The notes beneath the pieces are model-generated. The model searched no databases. It was not told the origin of the DNA and saw nothing but the letters and a program-made list of their open reading frames with translations. Positions 53,760-64,000 of a stretch of 64,000 nucleotides of DNA are shown piece after piece. The position numbers were made by a program, and so were the translations under genes. Numbering within the stretch: position 1 is the stretch's first letter; each line of letters starts with the position of its first letter. Origin of the DNA: a virus (Duplodnaviria; Heunggongvirae; Uroviricota; Caudoviricetes); IMG/VR virus record IMGVR_UViG_3300017565_000001, positions 301,741 through 365,740 of that record. One strand, 5' to 3'.

Positions 53760-53808
53760 AGTACGGGTATTTAGCTGACACCAAATAGTGATACTTAACT
53801 TCCATCCA

Positions 53809-56800
53809 TTAGTTTTCTTGGAATTTGAGAATAGATGGATAGTTTAGAATCTCAGATGCATTCGGTGAGCAACCATAATATGGATTTGGTAATGGCACTT
53901 GATTGAAGGTATTGCCATCAGGGGCCCAAGAACCATTGTCTGGGAGTTCAAACTGATATGTAAAGTGTGGTGTCCCCAATTCCAAGTGCCAAAAGCCTTT
54001 AGTTGAAAGTGGATCCGGAACGTCAGGTGCTAAAATACTCACGACCATGCTCCAAGGCATAGCTATGTCTTGAACATTCACGCTATTGATGCTGTTGGCG
54101 GTGACTATGAACGTCTCAATCTTGGCGCTTGCGAGATCAGGCATTGGATAACAATGTAGAGCCACCACCTGAGCTTCGTGCGTTATTTCCCCAGTCAAAT
54201 AATCTGTTTCAAACGAGTATATGAGTGGTACCGTTTGTGTTATTTGTTCAGTCACATCACAGTATGAGGAACTACCAGTGAGTACGTTATACTGACCCTT
54301 ACAACTGGCCGTACCACATTCACCAATACCCATGTTTGATTGTTTAATTTGCGCAATCGCTTGAGCGGCTTGCAATGCGGTTCCACTGTAGTTACCCGTA
54401 GATGGCATGCTATCCACACCGATACCAGACGAATCGATCGTTATCGTTGTTTGATTCTCATCTCCGTCCGGCCCACTACATTCACCAACCATTTGGCCAT
54501 ATGTTGAGGCCCATTGTGTTGGTGTCATCCCATCTTGCGGTGGGTTGCTTTGGATCCAGTAACTGTAAAGTGTAGTACCAGGTGCGTCAGTTATTTCTCG
54601 ATTGAACAAGACTGAGCCACCCGGTCCTCCTGGATTGGTGCTTGGATTACTGGGGGTGGTATATGGCCCGTTAACCGCAGGAGCGGTTACTACCCACCAC
54701 CCTCTGCGGTTTTCCGAAATGTAATCGAGCTCAAGCGCGGCCTCGACTGCGTGGTTGACACCCTTATGTACAGTAAAGGTCAGTGTGTCATCCGTGTCTT
54801 CATCCTCATTGATACGACGTGCCAAAACTCTAGGATTACCAGCAGTCATATCCCATTCGAAATAATCCAGAACTGCTCGACCGTATTGCTCTGGGTCAAA
54901 ATAGCGATCCAAGTAATCTTCAGTCGTGATTGTTTCATCCCAATCGTATGCCGATATGCCATCATATCGGATGTAATCCCAACCATACTCGCCGTGAACT
55001 GCTGGACCATCCTGGCGATAGATCTTCATGTTGATCGTTTCACCAATATGAATGTCAGCAACATCCAGGGGAGCGAGTGTGATGTTCATCTTACGTACCT
55101 TGGCATTGTTGTTGAAAGCAAACTGGTTATACCAGTGCTTCCACATGCCACCTTGCATGATTGCCACGTCAGCTGGTACCCTTGCATCCAGGATACGGTT
55201 GCGCCCAAGAGCAACGTCATAGTATGCAGGCTTGTCAAAGTCCAGAGCCATAACGTTGGCGACTTCGGTATCGACACCGTACTTGCTAATGAAGTCGCGA
55301 ACCTTCACATGATAAGGCTTCACTTCGTTGATGTACGACAGCAGATTGCTGGTAAGATCCGCAAAAGCAATTGGATCCTGGCGCAGACGATCGCTATAAC
55401 CGGTCACATACATGAACGAGGTCTTGAAGCTCCAGTCAATGAAGTCTTGCTCCGTGTGAGCATAGTGGACCCAACCAAAGAACATTTCGTTGGTCTCCAA
55501 ATCAGTCAACACGCCTTCACGCAGGGAATTCAGAACCTTGTTGAATTCGTAACCCTGATCCCTGGCAACGACCAAGTTACCAAAAACCACTGGATCAAAC
55601 GTATCAGTAGTCTTACCCAACGATTCCATTGAGTCTTCCAGGAATGTTCCTGTATTCTCCCATACAGTATCACTGAGCTTAATGGTACCAGCTTGCTTTG
55701 CAACAATTTGCCAAATGCCATCACGCAATTCAGTCCACATCCAACGACCACGACCGTCATCCAGAACTTTCGCAAAAGTCAGGTATGGGTTAGTCAGTTG
55801 GGCGTTATTGCGATCAGTTGCTGTGGCGAATACGTCACGTGGTGCATTCAATACGTCGTAACCGGTTTCGTACCAATCAACATAGGACCAAATATCCGAA
55901 CTGTCGTAGCGCTGGCTGGCAACCAATTCCAGCACAAAGCCGGCCTTGATTTCCCACAAGGTCCAGAAACCACCAGTTTCCAGATTAATGTCATCGTCAA
56001 CCTTAATACGTTGACCCACTTCCAGTTCAACTGTCGCAGTGCCGGCTTGGAGAGCTGATTCCAAGGCTTTCAGTTCTGCCAAGTTGTCAACTACATGATC
56101 AAACAATTTGACAGTGATTGCCAAACCATTGTCGTCACGTTGCATAACAGACCAGAACTGATCACTATCTTTCAACAAATAAACCAGATCAGGAGTTAGG
56201 TTGGACAGATTGTCTTCGTCATTGAACTTCTGGCCCCAGAAAGCTTGTTGTGGCAAAGGTTCAACGAAATAACTTTCATCAGCTTGTGTCCAGTGCAAGA
56301 ATTCATTCTTACCATCTGCCCCGTTCAAGATCTCAAGACCTCTACGAGTTTCGACCATAGGGGTTCTGGCAAAGATTTCATTCAAGTGCTGTACTGCACG
56401 CTTACGAGCAACTTTGACGTCTCTGAACAAGTTCTGGCCATTCTCCACGTCAAAACCAATACGATCCGTGTAGTAACGATCCATGCTTGGCAAACTTGCA
56501 CCCCAAGCATTGCGGCCAGTCAACGAATTGACAAATTTAGTCCACAAACTCTGAATTGGCAAGCTGCGTTCGTCGCCTTCACGCATCAAATCCCATTCAA
56601 CGTGGAGTGGAACCTGTGCTTCATTGCGAGCAACAGTGAATTGCAAGGACGAATTGCTTGACAGGAATTGATCCACACCAGCAATAATGAAGCTGTTTTC
56701 GTCCATAGGAGCAACCCACGCCAAACCAGCAGACGTTGGGTTCTCGATCATACGAGAAACCTCAAATGCCGAGATCTCACGAGCTTCATTACTCACTGGA

Positions 56801-59800
56801 GTCATCTTGCGATTCTTAACCCAGAAGTAATACACCGTGATGAAACGTCCCAATTGGGCATTCCATTCTTGCGACTCAACCCATGATGGATCAGCCGCAT
56901 TTAGAACTTCACCGTCATAGGTGTTTGGATCGCTGTTGTTTTCAAACGCAGTCTGCCATTCCGATGGGGTTAGAGTGCTGCGCGTCCATTCGTAAACATC
57001 CACGCTCGTGTTCGGTGCCAATTTACCCCAATTCGAAGTGCGGTAAAGCTTCTCAGCGTCATCCATGATATCGCTGGTTTCAGCAATCAGGAAGCGAACC
57101 GAGTTAAGATCCCACCACAAACGACCAACTTGAGCTGCGCCCCACTGCATACCAACGTTCTGGGTGGAACCCTCGTTGTAATAAGCAGGATCATATGGCA
57201 GCTTGTAGAACAATTCTTTGTCAGCTTGGCCGACAATCAAACCTTGAACTGGAGCAAACGATACGATTTCACCATAACGCAATGGCTTAGCGTTTAGGAC
57301 ACGATCAGTACGAACGCTGCGGTTTTCAAAGATCTTCACATCCACGATGCGGTCTCTACGGATCAATTCTGGCTGTGTGCGAACACGAGTGAATTGGCCA
57401 TTAGACTTCTGGAATACAGACCAGCGACGGTGAACTTCAGGCATCTTGTGCTGGAATGCAAACTCATAGCAAGCATCCACATAAATCAATTCACCATCCT
57501 GGTAGTCGCCCAAGCCCAAGTATTCGACTTGGCTGTTATTCAGCAGAGTTGCGGTGATGAGTGAACGATTAACAGGAGTGTCGGTGTCAAAGCGGAATCG
57601 AACGCTTTCCAGTTTGAAAGCCAAGGCACGTTCTTCATCTTCCATGTAGGTTTTCACATTCAGTGTGTCAACACCAACACGAACTTGCGTCAAATCCTCG
57701 CTTACCCAGTTGATGACGTGCGCACCAACCAGTTCTTCGGAATCAACCTGCATGTTCTTTTCAATGTACATCACGTCACCAACCTTGAATGTGGTTGGGG
57801 CAGCAAATGTGATAACTGTGCCATCCATCTCAGCACCAAAGCCTGCTATTTCGTTTGCATCAGTTGAGTAAGCGGTTGCTCGGTAAACATCCCAAGAACC
57901 CTTGTGGTCCTTGTAAATCCAGACACGGTCGCCCATAACAATGTCATCAATGCTTTCAGCCACAACGACATTTAGGGCAGCCAAATCAAGGGCGGGCCAC
58001 TTTACATCCGAAGTGCGAGCATAACCAGCCGTTGGCAACCAACCCTTTTCACGAACATATGATTCCTGAATTTCAAACAGGTTACCAGTAGGTGGAACAA
58101 TCCAACGACTATCAGTACCTTCAACACTCTTGTACAGACTGATGATGGTATCTTCCTTGCTATCATGATTGGCCATCTCGTCAGGAGTCGACATGCCGTA
58201 TGGATGCACATCATAAACGAAATAATCCCACAAGCTTTCATTCTTAGCAACCACCAATTGTGGGTCCTGTAGAACCAACTCTTTGTTGAATTCGAATTCA
58301 AACGTGGAGCGTGATTCAACACCACCGAATTGGCCCTTGCGGAAAGCCCATTCTTCCAAGAAGCTCAGGCTACGAGTCTGCGTCAATTCGCTGTTACGCA
58401 TCAAGCGCTTGAATACACCAGGGGCACCCTTCTGTTGGATCATACCCTGATAGAATTCAAACTGGTTGATGTCGTTATACATCAAGTTCTCCAGATATGA
58501 ACGATTCTGATAGCCAATTTGATGACGTGCATTGTCACGGAGTGGCAAATTGATCGTCTTCTCGATATCATACATGTAGCGGATATCTTCGGCCTGACGT
58601 TCAAAACTTGGGACCAGTCGGTTGTCAGTGATTACGAACCCTGGGGCATCCAAGCGACCCTTCCATTCAGTGCTCAATAGGGCAACCAAACGGATGCGGT
58701 TTTGACGCAGATTGAACAGTTGGTCGTAGATGACATCACTGAAGATGGTCTTGTTGTTGAAAATCAGAGCCTGCTCGACTTCGCTTACGAACACACGAGA
58801 ACCGAAAATGCCACCAGCAGTAACACCGATGTTGATTTCATCATCCAGACGGTTCACGGTAACAGTGCTAGATGGAACTGCGACACCTTGGCGATCCAGG
58901 AGTGAATAAACGCCATGTACCAGCTGTTCGACGTTTTGCACCGTACCGTGATCTGTCGTGAACTTAACTGAAGTTGATGCGGGGCTCAAAGCAATAAACG
59001 TGCCCGCTTCCCATTGTGCTTGAGTCCAGTACAAGAATTCTTGTGCCGAGTAGCGGAAGTCTTTGATGACGTTTGCTTCGTTGTCATAATAGTCAAATAC
59101 CCAGCCATCATTCTCTAGATTCTTCTGGTAACCACTGAGGAAGTCGGCGATGTCTTGGCGTGAATAGAACTCAGTGCCATAAGGAACAGTGTCAACGAAA
59201 TCTTCATGATCTTTATGCCAGATCAGGGAACTTGCTGGGCTGAACTTACCCGTGGACTCAGGAGTCCAGAAGTTTTGCTCAAATGCTCTACCACTTGTGT
59301 GTGATTTGATACAACGGTAATTGGTACCGTTGTATTGAACCAGAACACCTGATTGGTAATACGTGTCAACACGCCAGTCAACGGCGGAAGGACCATCGTC
59401 ACCGATAGAAATCTTAAATTTGCGGCCGGTTTCTCTGATAGGATTGATGGTGAATACTGGATTTACCACGTCGTAACCGAATACGCGCCAACCCTTACCC
59501 GTCCACTCAACAATCACACCACCATAAAATTCTTCCCTAATGCTAGGGGAGCGATACAGTGCAATGTTGACGTCTTCCTGAGGGACCAGACCTGAGTTCT
59601 CAGTGAATGCCTTTACGCTTGCTGGATCAACAAAACCACCCAGCTTGTGAGCAATGTTTGCACTCAGAGAGCGAACTTTATTACCGAACGACGTTGTGAC
59701 GTTTGCTCCTTGCGAACGCAGATAGTCACCAATCCATACTTGAACACCCAGTACACGAGTTGCGGTGGTACCAGTCATTTCATTGTGAACCAGTGACTTC

Positions 59801-62800
59801 AAGTCGGCGGCGCGGTTCTTGGTCTTACTGCTGAACCATTGTTCAAACGCAAATGTTTCGTCACCAGCCACCCAATTGCTTTCAACAAATCGAGCAGGCT
59901 TCATCAAGTAACTCAAGTGAGGGATCGTGAAGCTGGCCGAATAACTATTCCACCACATCATTTCGATTGGGGAACCATCACCAAAAGCCCATGGATTGCC
60001 GTACTTTTGCAAACCCGTATCCAACACGATGCCGGCTTCAACTGGATTCAACAGGTTACCCTGATCATCAACTGGAATGAAACGCGCCGCCGATGCTCGA
60101 GCATAGGTTTCGTTAGCTTCTCCGTTTGGATCAGCTTGGCCATTTTCGATAGCTGCAATCAAGGAAGCGCGTTTGGCGCTGTCCGTCCATGAGTACAGTG
60201 CATCCCAGAAGCTTGGCTTGCTTGTGTAGCCAAACATCTCCCAGGGGTGCGTGTGGGGACGATCAGTGTCAAAGTAATGACGGTAGATACCACGCCAGTA
60301 GCCTGGCAGTGCTTCACCATCAACATCCAGCAAAGTATTGTAGTTCCAAGTGAACGGATCATTTGCAACATACAATTCATTCTTGCGATAGTTGTAGCCG
60401 TTTTGAGCAGCCCAACGTTCAAACATTGGACGTGCCACTTGGTTGAGCTCGTCACGTGAGTAATCACGTGTGCGGAACTTACCAGAAGTGTAAACAGTCA
60501 GATCAAATATTGGGCGCTCACTCTTGAACTTGTTGTTGGTGCTGTCGTAAATCATGCGTTCCAACGTCAAAGTCACAACGTCGCGACCGCTGAATACGAT
60601 TTGATTCGTATCAACATCAAAAGTGGAAGTACCGCGAGTCAAACTACCATCATGGCCGCGCAACAGAACAGTGCCATTTTCAACGAAGATTTCGGGAACC
60701 CACAACGGGCTCATACCCAAATACGCGCCGGTGGCGGGAATGTAGTATTCACCAATAACACCAGTGTTGGCAAAAGGAAAATCAGGCGTCTTAGCTGATT
60801 TCAACATCGTCAGCAATTGCAAGACGGTTGATTCTGGATCAACAATGGAATTTGAATTAGCCCAACTATTCAAAGCTTGGTTGAACTTGTTGCGGAAGCG
60901 CAAATATTCGCGTTCATTGTAAATCGTAGATTTCTGGAAGTCCAAAGCTGAATTGCTGCAAAGAAGCATAGTCTTCAACAATGGGCTACGATGTTGCAGG
61001 ATAGAACGACCCAAACTCAAGTCAAAGAAGTCACTATCCTTCGTCCAGTCATTACCTTCACGAACAACCTTGAAGTGGTTATTCCATTCGTTGGATGAGA
61101 TCGTGGTGATTTCTTGATTCAGTGGGTTGGCTTGAAGATTGAATGGGATGGCGTAGAAACCATCAGCATTCTTATCTTGGTACGAACGACCTGCAGGTTG
61201 CCACACTGAATGCAGCGTATCCTCACCGCCTTCAACCAAATCATAGAACTTCAAACCATCAACGGTTCCACTCTGATACGTGATAACATCGGTGTTGATA
61301 TGGTTGGTAAACTCCAGACTACCATATTTGTTGCGGCTGACATCGATCCCCAGGATCTTGTCCTGTAGGGTTCCACGCTTGTATGCGAAGATCTTGCTGC
61401 CACGGAATGTAGTACCGGGCAGTTCTGACAGCATACGCCCTTGTGTGTCAAACAGTTCAAACAATGGCTCACTGCCATCATTCCATTGCTGTGTGACCCA
61501 ATTGGAACCGTCAAACCACCACGACTGTGCTTCGTCAATCAAAGCAACCGAGTCATAACGTTCTGGCATAGGTACTGTTGCGGCATCTTCCAAAGAAGTT
61601 AGACGCATACCATATTCCCAGTACTCATCGTTTGGGACATCCCAGTTGCTGAGTTCCAGATCAACGCCAACGCCATCCCATTCCATGGAATTAGTCAACA
61701 CTTCACCAGTCAGAATCTTCTTTTCAGCATTTGCTTGGGAGTTACGATTCACCAAGATGCGGATAGTGTTGGTGCCAGTTTGACCAATAGGTGGGAAGGT
61801 GATACCACGAACCCCACCGGTAATTGCCATCAAACCAACATCCATTTGTCCGATCATTGAGTACGGAGTATCCGAAGGATCATCCCAGCGGGCATTAACG
61901 TCCTGAAGACCATTAAATCCGTGATTGACCAAACGCAAGCTCTTATGAAACTCGATAATTGGACGAATAGCTTGGGTGGGCTGGTAATCCTCATGTGCAA
62001 AGAACATGAGGTCCTTGTGATACCAATGATTGGTGCGGCTCCAACGGTTAACGTTTTCGGCACCCTGCTCAATGGTCCAATACATGGGTTCTTCTACCCG
62101 AACTCCGGTTTGTGTCGGGGCGATCAAATCCAACAAACCATTTTCGTCACGAATGACCTGGTATACGTTGAATCCATTGTTGTCCTTGATTGCAACACTC
62201 ATTCCAGCACGCAAAGGAGGCGCATTTTCCACCAAAGATGGACCGTAGGTGACAGTCTTCGTGCCACCTGAAGTCTCAATCTGAGTGGTGATGTAGCCGT
62301 ACACTTGAACGGGGTGCAGATACTCTGCCTTACCCACGATGTTTTGTGTATAGTTGGCATTAGACCAGATCTCGATTACATCACCAGCAGGCCATGCACC
62401 GCTGAACACAACGTTAGCGCCCATGATGGTAAAACCGTTGTCCTGGTTCCCATCAACAGTTGGACCACCCGTGTTGCCATCCAGAACTCCATTCTGATCG
62501 TCGTTGCCGTCAACCACACCTTCGTTCGTGACTGGTACACCATTACGATGAATCACATAGTCGACCACCATGCCCGGAATAGCCGTAGGCAGGGGGTAAA
62601 CAGTTTGGAACCCATCAGAAACAGTATATGAATAGAATGGGTTATCATTCGTACCATTACCATCGTCATCACGGAAACCCAAGTCAAACAACATGACTGG
62701 GGGACCATCAGGCAACCAATAGTAGTCACGGTAACGAGTCAGCTTGTCGATGTTGATTGGAGGACACCAGCTGTAAAAGTCGGTCTCCAACAAACGTTCA

Positions 62801-63117
62801 TGATTTTCAGTAATAGCACCTTGGAATCGCAGTTGATTGATCAGGTCTGGATAGAACAACAGATCTTCAAATGTACCATCGGTTGCTTTCGTGGTCATGG
62901 CAGGTTCAAGCTGATAGAATTCCCGATCAGCGTTGATTTCACTCTTGTAAAAGTCTTTCGAGGGGTCGAAATACGAAGGCTTTCGACCAATGAAAGCATT
63001 TACGCTTTGGGTCTCGCCCGGTTGAAACACCTGATCCACTGTCGCATTGAAAAACTTCTGAAGCGTAGTGGTTTGGTGAATAACCGGAAGTTGCGAGATG
63101 AAACGTCTTTTTGCCAT
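53809..63117 (-). CDS. Giant (3102 aa) baseplate-associated virion protein
   Basis: Follows baseplate wedge gene; YINEVKPYHVK motif, CBM5/12-like module, uninterrupted ORF. Confidence 0.7.
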   Translation of the reverse strand: MAKRRFISQLPVIHQTTTLQKFFNATVDQVFQPGETQSVNAFIGRKPSYFDPSKDFYKSEINADREFYQLEPAMTTKATDGTFEDLLFYPDLINQLRFQGAITENHERLLETDFYSWCPPINIDKLTRYRDYYWLPDGPPVMLFDLGFRDDDGNGTNDNPFYSYTVSDGFQTVYPLPTAIPGMVVDYVIHRNGVPVTNEGVVDGNDDQNGVLDGNTGGPTVDGNQDNGFTIMGANVVFSGAWPAGDVIEIWSNANYTQNIVGKAEYLHPVQVYGYITTQIETSGGTKTVTYGPSLVENAPPLRAGMSVAIKDNNGFNVYQVIRDENGLLDLIAPTQTGVRVEEPMYWTIEQGAENVNRWSRTNHWYHKDLMFFAHEDYQPTQAIRPIIEFHKSLRLVNHGFNGLQDVNARWDDPSDTPYSMIGQMDVGLMAITGGVRGITFPPIGQTGTNTIRILVNRNSQANAEKKILTGEVLTNSMEWDGVGVDLELSNWDVPNDEYWEYGMRLTSLEDAATVPMPERYDSVALIDEAQSWWFDGSNWVTQQWNDGSEPLFELFDTQGRMLSELPGTTFRGSKIFAYKRGTLQDKILGIDVSRNKYGSLEFTNHINTDVITYQSGTVDGLKFYDLVEGGEDTLHSVWQPAGRSYQDKNADGFYAIPFNLQANPLNQEITTISSNEWNNHFKVVREGNDWTKDSDFFDLSLGRSILQHRSPLLKTMLLCSNSALDFQKSTIYNEREYLRFRNKFNQALNSWANSNSIVDPESTVLQLLTMLKSAKTPDFPFANTGVIGEYYIPATGAYLGMSPLWVPEIFVENGTVLLRGHDGSLTRGTSTFDVDTNQIVFSGRDVVTLTLERMIYDSTNNKFKSERPIFDLTVYTSGKFRTRDYSRDELNQVARPMFERWAAQNGYNYRKNELYVANDPFTWNYNTLLDVDGEALPGYWRGIYRHYFDTDRPHTHPWEMFGYTSKPSFWDALYSWTDSAKRASLIAAIENGQADPNGEANETYARASAARFIPVDDQGNLLNPVEAGIVLDTGLQKYGNPWAFGDGSPIEMMWWNSYSASFTIPHLSYLMKPARFVESNWVAGDETFAFEQWFSSKTKNRAADLKSLVHNEMTGTTATRVLGVQVWIGDYLRSQGANVTTSFGNKVRSLSANIAHKLGGFVDPASVKAFTENSGLVPQEDVNIALYRSPSIREEFYGGVIVEWTGKGWRVFGYDVVNPVFTINPIRETGRKFKISIGDDGPSAVDWRVDTYYQSGVLVQYNGTNYRCIKSHTSGRAFEQNFWTPESTGKFSPASSLIWHKDHEDFVDTVPYGTEFYSRQDIADFLSGYQKNLENDGWVFDYYDNEANVIKDFRYSAQEFLYWTQAQWEAGTFIALSPASTSVKFTTDHGTVQNVEQLVHGVYSLLDRQGVAVPSSTVTVNRLDDEINIGVTAGGIFGSRVFVSEVEQALIFNNKTIFSDVIYDQLFNLRQNRIRLVALLSTEWKGRLDAPGFVITDNRLVPSFERQAEDIRYMYDIEKTINLPLRDNARHQIGYQNRSYLENLMYNDINQFEFYQGMIQQKGAPGVFKRLMRNSELTQTRSLSFLEEWAFRKGQFGGVESRSTFEFEFNKELVLQDPQLVVAKNESLWDYFVYDVHPYGMSTPDEMANHDSKEDTIISLYKSVEGTDSRWIVPPTGNLFEIQESYVREKGWLPTAGYARTSDVKWPALDLAALNVVVAESIDDIVMGDRVWIYKDHKGSWDVYRATAYSTDANEIAGFGAEMDGTVITFAAPTTFKVGDVMYIEKNMQVDSEELVGAHVINWVSEDLTQVRVGVDTLNVKTYMEDEERALAFKLESVRFRFDTDTPVNRSLITATLLNNSQVEYLGLGDYQDGELIYVDACYEFAFQHKMPEVHRRWSVFQKSNGQFTRVRTQPELIRRDRIVDVKIFENRSVRTDRVLNAKPLRYGEIVSFAPVQGLIVGQADKELFYKLPYDPAYYNEGSTQNVGMQWGAAQVGRLWWDLNSVRFLIAETSDIMDDAEKLYRTSNWGKLAPNTSVDVYEWTRSTLTPSEWQTAFENNSDPNTYDGEVLNAADPSWVESQEWNAQLGRFITVYYFWVKNRKMTPVSNEAREISAFEVSRMIENPTSAGLAWVAPMDENSFIIAGVDQFLSSNSSLQFTVARNEAQVPLHVEWDLMREGDERSLPIQSLWTKFVNSLTGRNAWGASLPSMDRYYTDRIGFDVENGQNLFRDVKVARKRAVQHLNEIFARTPMVETRRGLEILNGADGKNEFLHWTQADESYFVEPLPQQAFWGQKFNDEDNLSNLTPDLVYLLKDSDQFWSVMQRDDNGLAITVKLFDHVVDNLAELKALESALQAGTATVELEVGQRIKVDDDINLETGGFWTLWEIKAGFVLELVASQRYDSSDIWSYVDWYETGYDVLNAPRDVFATATDRNNAQLTNPYLTFAKVLDDGRGRWMWTELRDGIWQIVAKQAGTIKLSDTVWENTGTFLEDSMESLGKTTDTFDPVVFGNLVVARDQGYEFNKVLNSLREGVLTDLETNEMFFGWVHYAHTEQDFIDWSFKTSFMYVTGYSDRLRQDPIAFADLTSNLLSYINEVKPYHVKVRDFISKYGVDTEVANVMALDFDKPAYYDVALGRNRILDARVPADVAIMQGGMWKHWYNQFAFNNNAKVRKMNITLAPLDVADIHIGETINMKIYRQDGPAVHGEYGWDYIRYDGISAYDWDETITTEDYLDRYFDPEQYGRAVLDYFEWDMTAGNPRVLARRINEDEDTDDTLTFTVHKGVNHAVEAALELDYISENRRGWWVVTAPAVNGPYTTPSNPSTNPGGPGGSVLFNREITDAPGTTLYSYWIQSNPPQDGMTPTQWASTYGQMVGECSGPDGDENQTTITIDSSGIGVDSMPSTGNYSGTALQAAQAIAQIKQSNMGIGECGTASCKGQYNVLTGSSSYCDVTEQITQTVPLIYSFETDYLTGEITHEAQVVALHCYPMPDLASAKIETFIVTANSINSVNVQDIAMPWSMVVSILAPDVPDPLSTKGFWHLELGTPHFTYQFELPDNGSWAPDGNTFNQVPLPNPYYGCSPNASEILNYPSILKFQEN

Positions 63118-64000
63118 TATGAGATCCTAAGGTTGGCCATTGTGTTGCCGTCGATGATTACAACGTCTTCGACTTGTGCTGTACTTATAAAGACTTCGTC
63201 TGTATCGCAGCGGACTTCGAAGAGTTCACCGAATTTGCCATTATCAGCTAGGGGAACGATCACTACAGAACTGATTGCAGCCGCCAATCGAATGTGCAAA
63301 TATGCTGCCAGCTCGGTGTAGTAGAAGGTTTCCCCAAATTCCCACTTATTTACGTCAAAATAATCATTGATCGCCTGGATTACTCGTGAGCGAATTTCAC
63401 CGTCACTCAACGAGGTATTGGGTAGACGAACGATCTTGAATTGTGCTTGTACCTCAGGACGTGCCTGGCTACCAAACAGATACTTGTATTTGACTGGACG
63501 CCATACCAACTGATCACTGAACATTTTGTATTGTTCAAAGTCCTGGAAGGTGTTCTTCAAATCCAAGTCTGATGGTGCGGCAGGAATATCGTCTTCCGGA
63601 GTGCCATCTTTAATCCATTGGCGAGTCAGGAAGTCATACTCAGAAGTCAGAACAAAAATGTCGATGATGTTCGTGACAGCTGGGTCAATACGAACATCGG
63701 AACCAGCGAAGTGGTCCCATTGGAACCGCAAGCTGCTACGACCCATCTCATAAACCAAAGACTCATCAACTGATGGCTCGTAAGCATTCAGAGATTCATT
63801 CCAAGTATAGAAGCCACGAGTGGAATCATTAGCTTGGGTACTTCCCTTCACAAAAACATCAGCCCCGTTGTAATTGGTTGGTAGCGTTGTGAACTGCTTA
63901 ATATCCGAACGCGGATTCAACTTCTGGAAAATGTCCTGCAGGTCCTTTTGGAACAATGCAAAGTCCAGAGGTTGAGAACTGCCATATTCGATATTGGCCA
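63117..64000 (-). CDS. Baseplate wedge subunit (gp6-like), C-terminal part; runs off window
   Basis: DPAVTNIIDIFVL, FGETFYYTEL, SVVIVP; frame open to window end. Confidence 0.7.
   Translation of the reverse strand, partial: ANIEYGSSQPLDFALFQKDLQDIFQKLNPRSDIKQFTTLPTNYNGADVFVKGSTQANDSTRGFYTWNESLNAYEPSVDESLVYEMGRSSLRFQWDHFAGSDVRIDPAVTNIIDIFVLTSEYDFLTRQWIKDGTPEDDIPAAPSDLDLKNTFQDFEQYKMFSDQLVWRPVKYKYLFGSQARPEVQAQFKIVRLPNTSLSDGEIRSRVIQAINDYFDVNKWEFGETFYYTELAAYLHIRLAAAISSVVIVPLADNGKFGELFEVRCDTDEVFISTAQVEDVVIIDGNTMANLRIS

Noticed and set aside
1-64000. tRNA genes, CRISPR arrays, integrase or transposase
   Set aside because: No cloverleaf with T-loop consensus, no regularly spaced repeats and no recombinase motifs seen by eye; tRNAscan-SE would be the definitive check
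1-64000. Stop-codon reassignment
   Set aside because: Core genes and a 9.3-kb ORF are intact under the standard code and coding density is high

Overview
This 64-kb window is part of a large lytic T4-like myovirus genome with a probably high-GC proteobacterial host. It has sigma70-type early promoters and T4-type late promoter motifs (nnTAAATA). From 1 to about 34.3 kb (+ strand) it holds the end of a virion protein gene, a holin, DNA ligase, UvsE, DsbA-like protein, family-B DNA polymerase and a sliding clamp. Next comes a 7-deazaguanine cluster (DpdL-like T-fold protein, GT-B glycosyltransferase, FolE, phosphoribosyltransferase, QueE; no DpdA, QueC or canonical QueD in the window). The arm continues with RNase H, CYTH, glutaredoxin, a GC-rich MoxR ATPase/vWA pair, ClpP, a kinase-dead Pnkp-like phosphatase, HNH, DHFR and ThyA. 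From 34.3 to 50.6 kb is a roughly 16-kb two-armed convergent biosynthetic cluster, apparently late-expressed: TctA/TctC-like transporter, PP-loop enzyme, Fe/2OG-type oxygenase, NDP-sugar epimerase, DegT aminotransferase, four GT-A glycosyltransferases, three radical SAM enzymes and two LamG proteins. It abuts the tail and baseplate genes (- strand, 50.6-64 kb). The most interesting signals are: (1) this candidate virion glycosylation/decoration system; (2) the deazaguanine pathway with no DpdA in the window but with PRT, GT and a glycosylase; (3) degenerate capsid and tail-tube fragments among non-structural genes (possible decoys); (4) a six-hairpin RNA behind a late promoter; (5) recurring intergenic motifs (hairpin+TTCAT, AATAACAA, ACTGGCA, palindromic promoter spacers). 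All assignments come from motif recognition by eye; no database searches were run.
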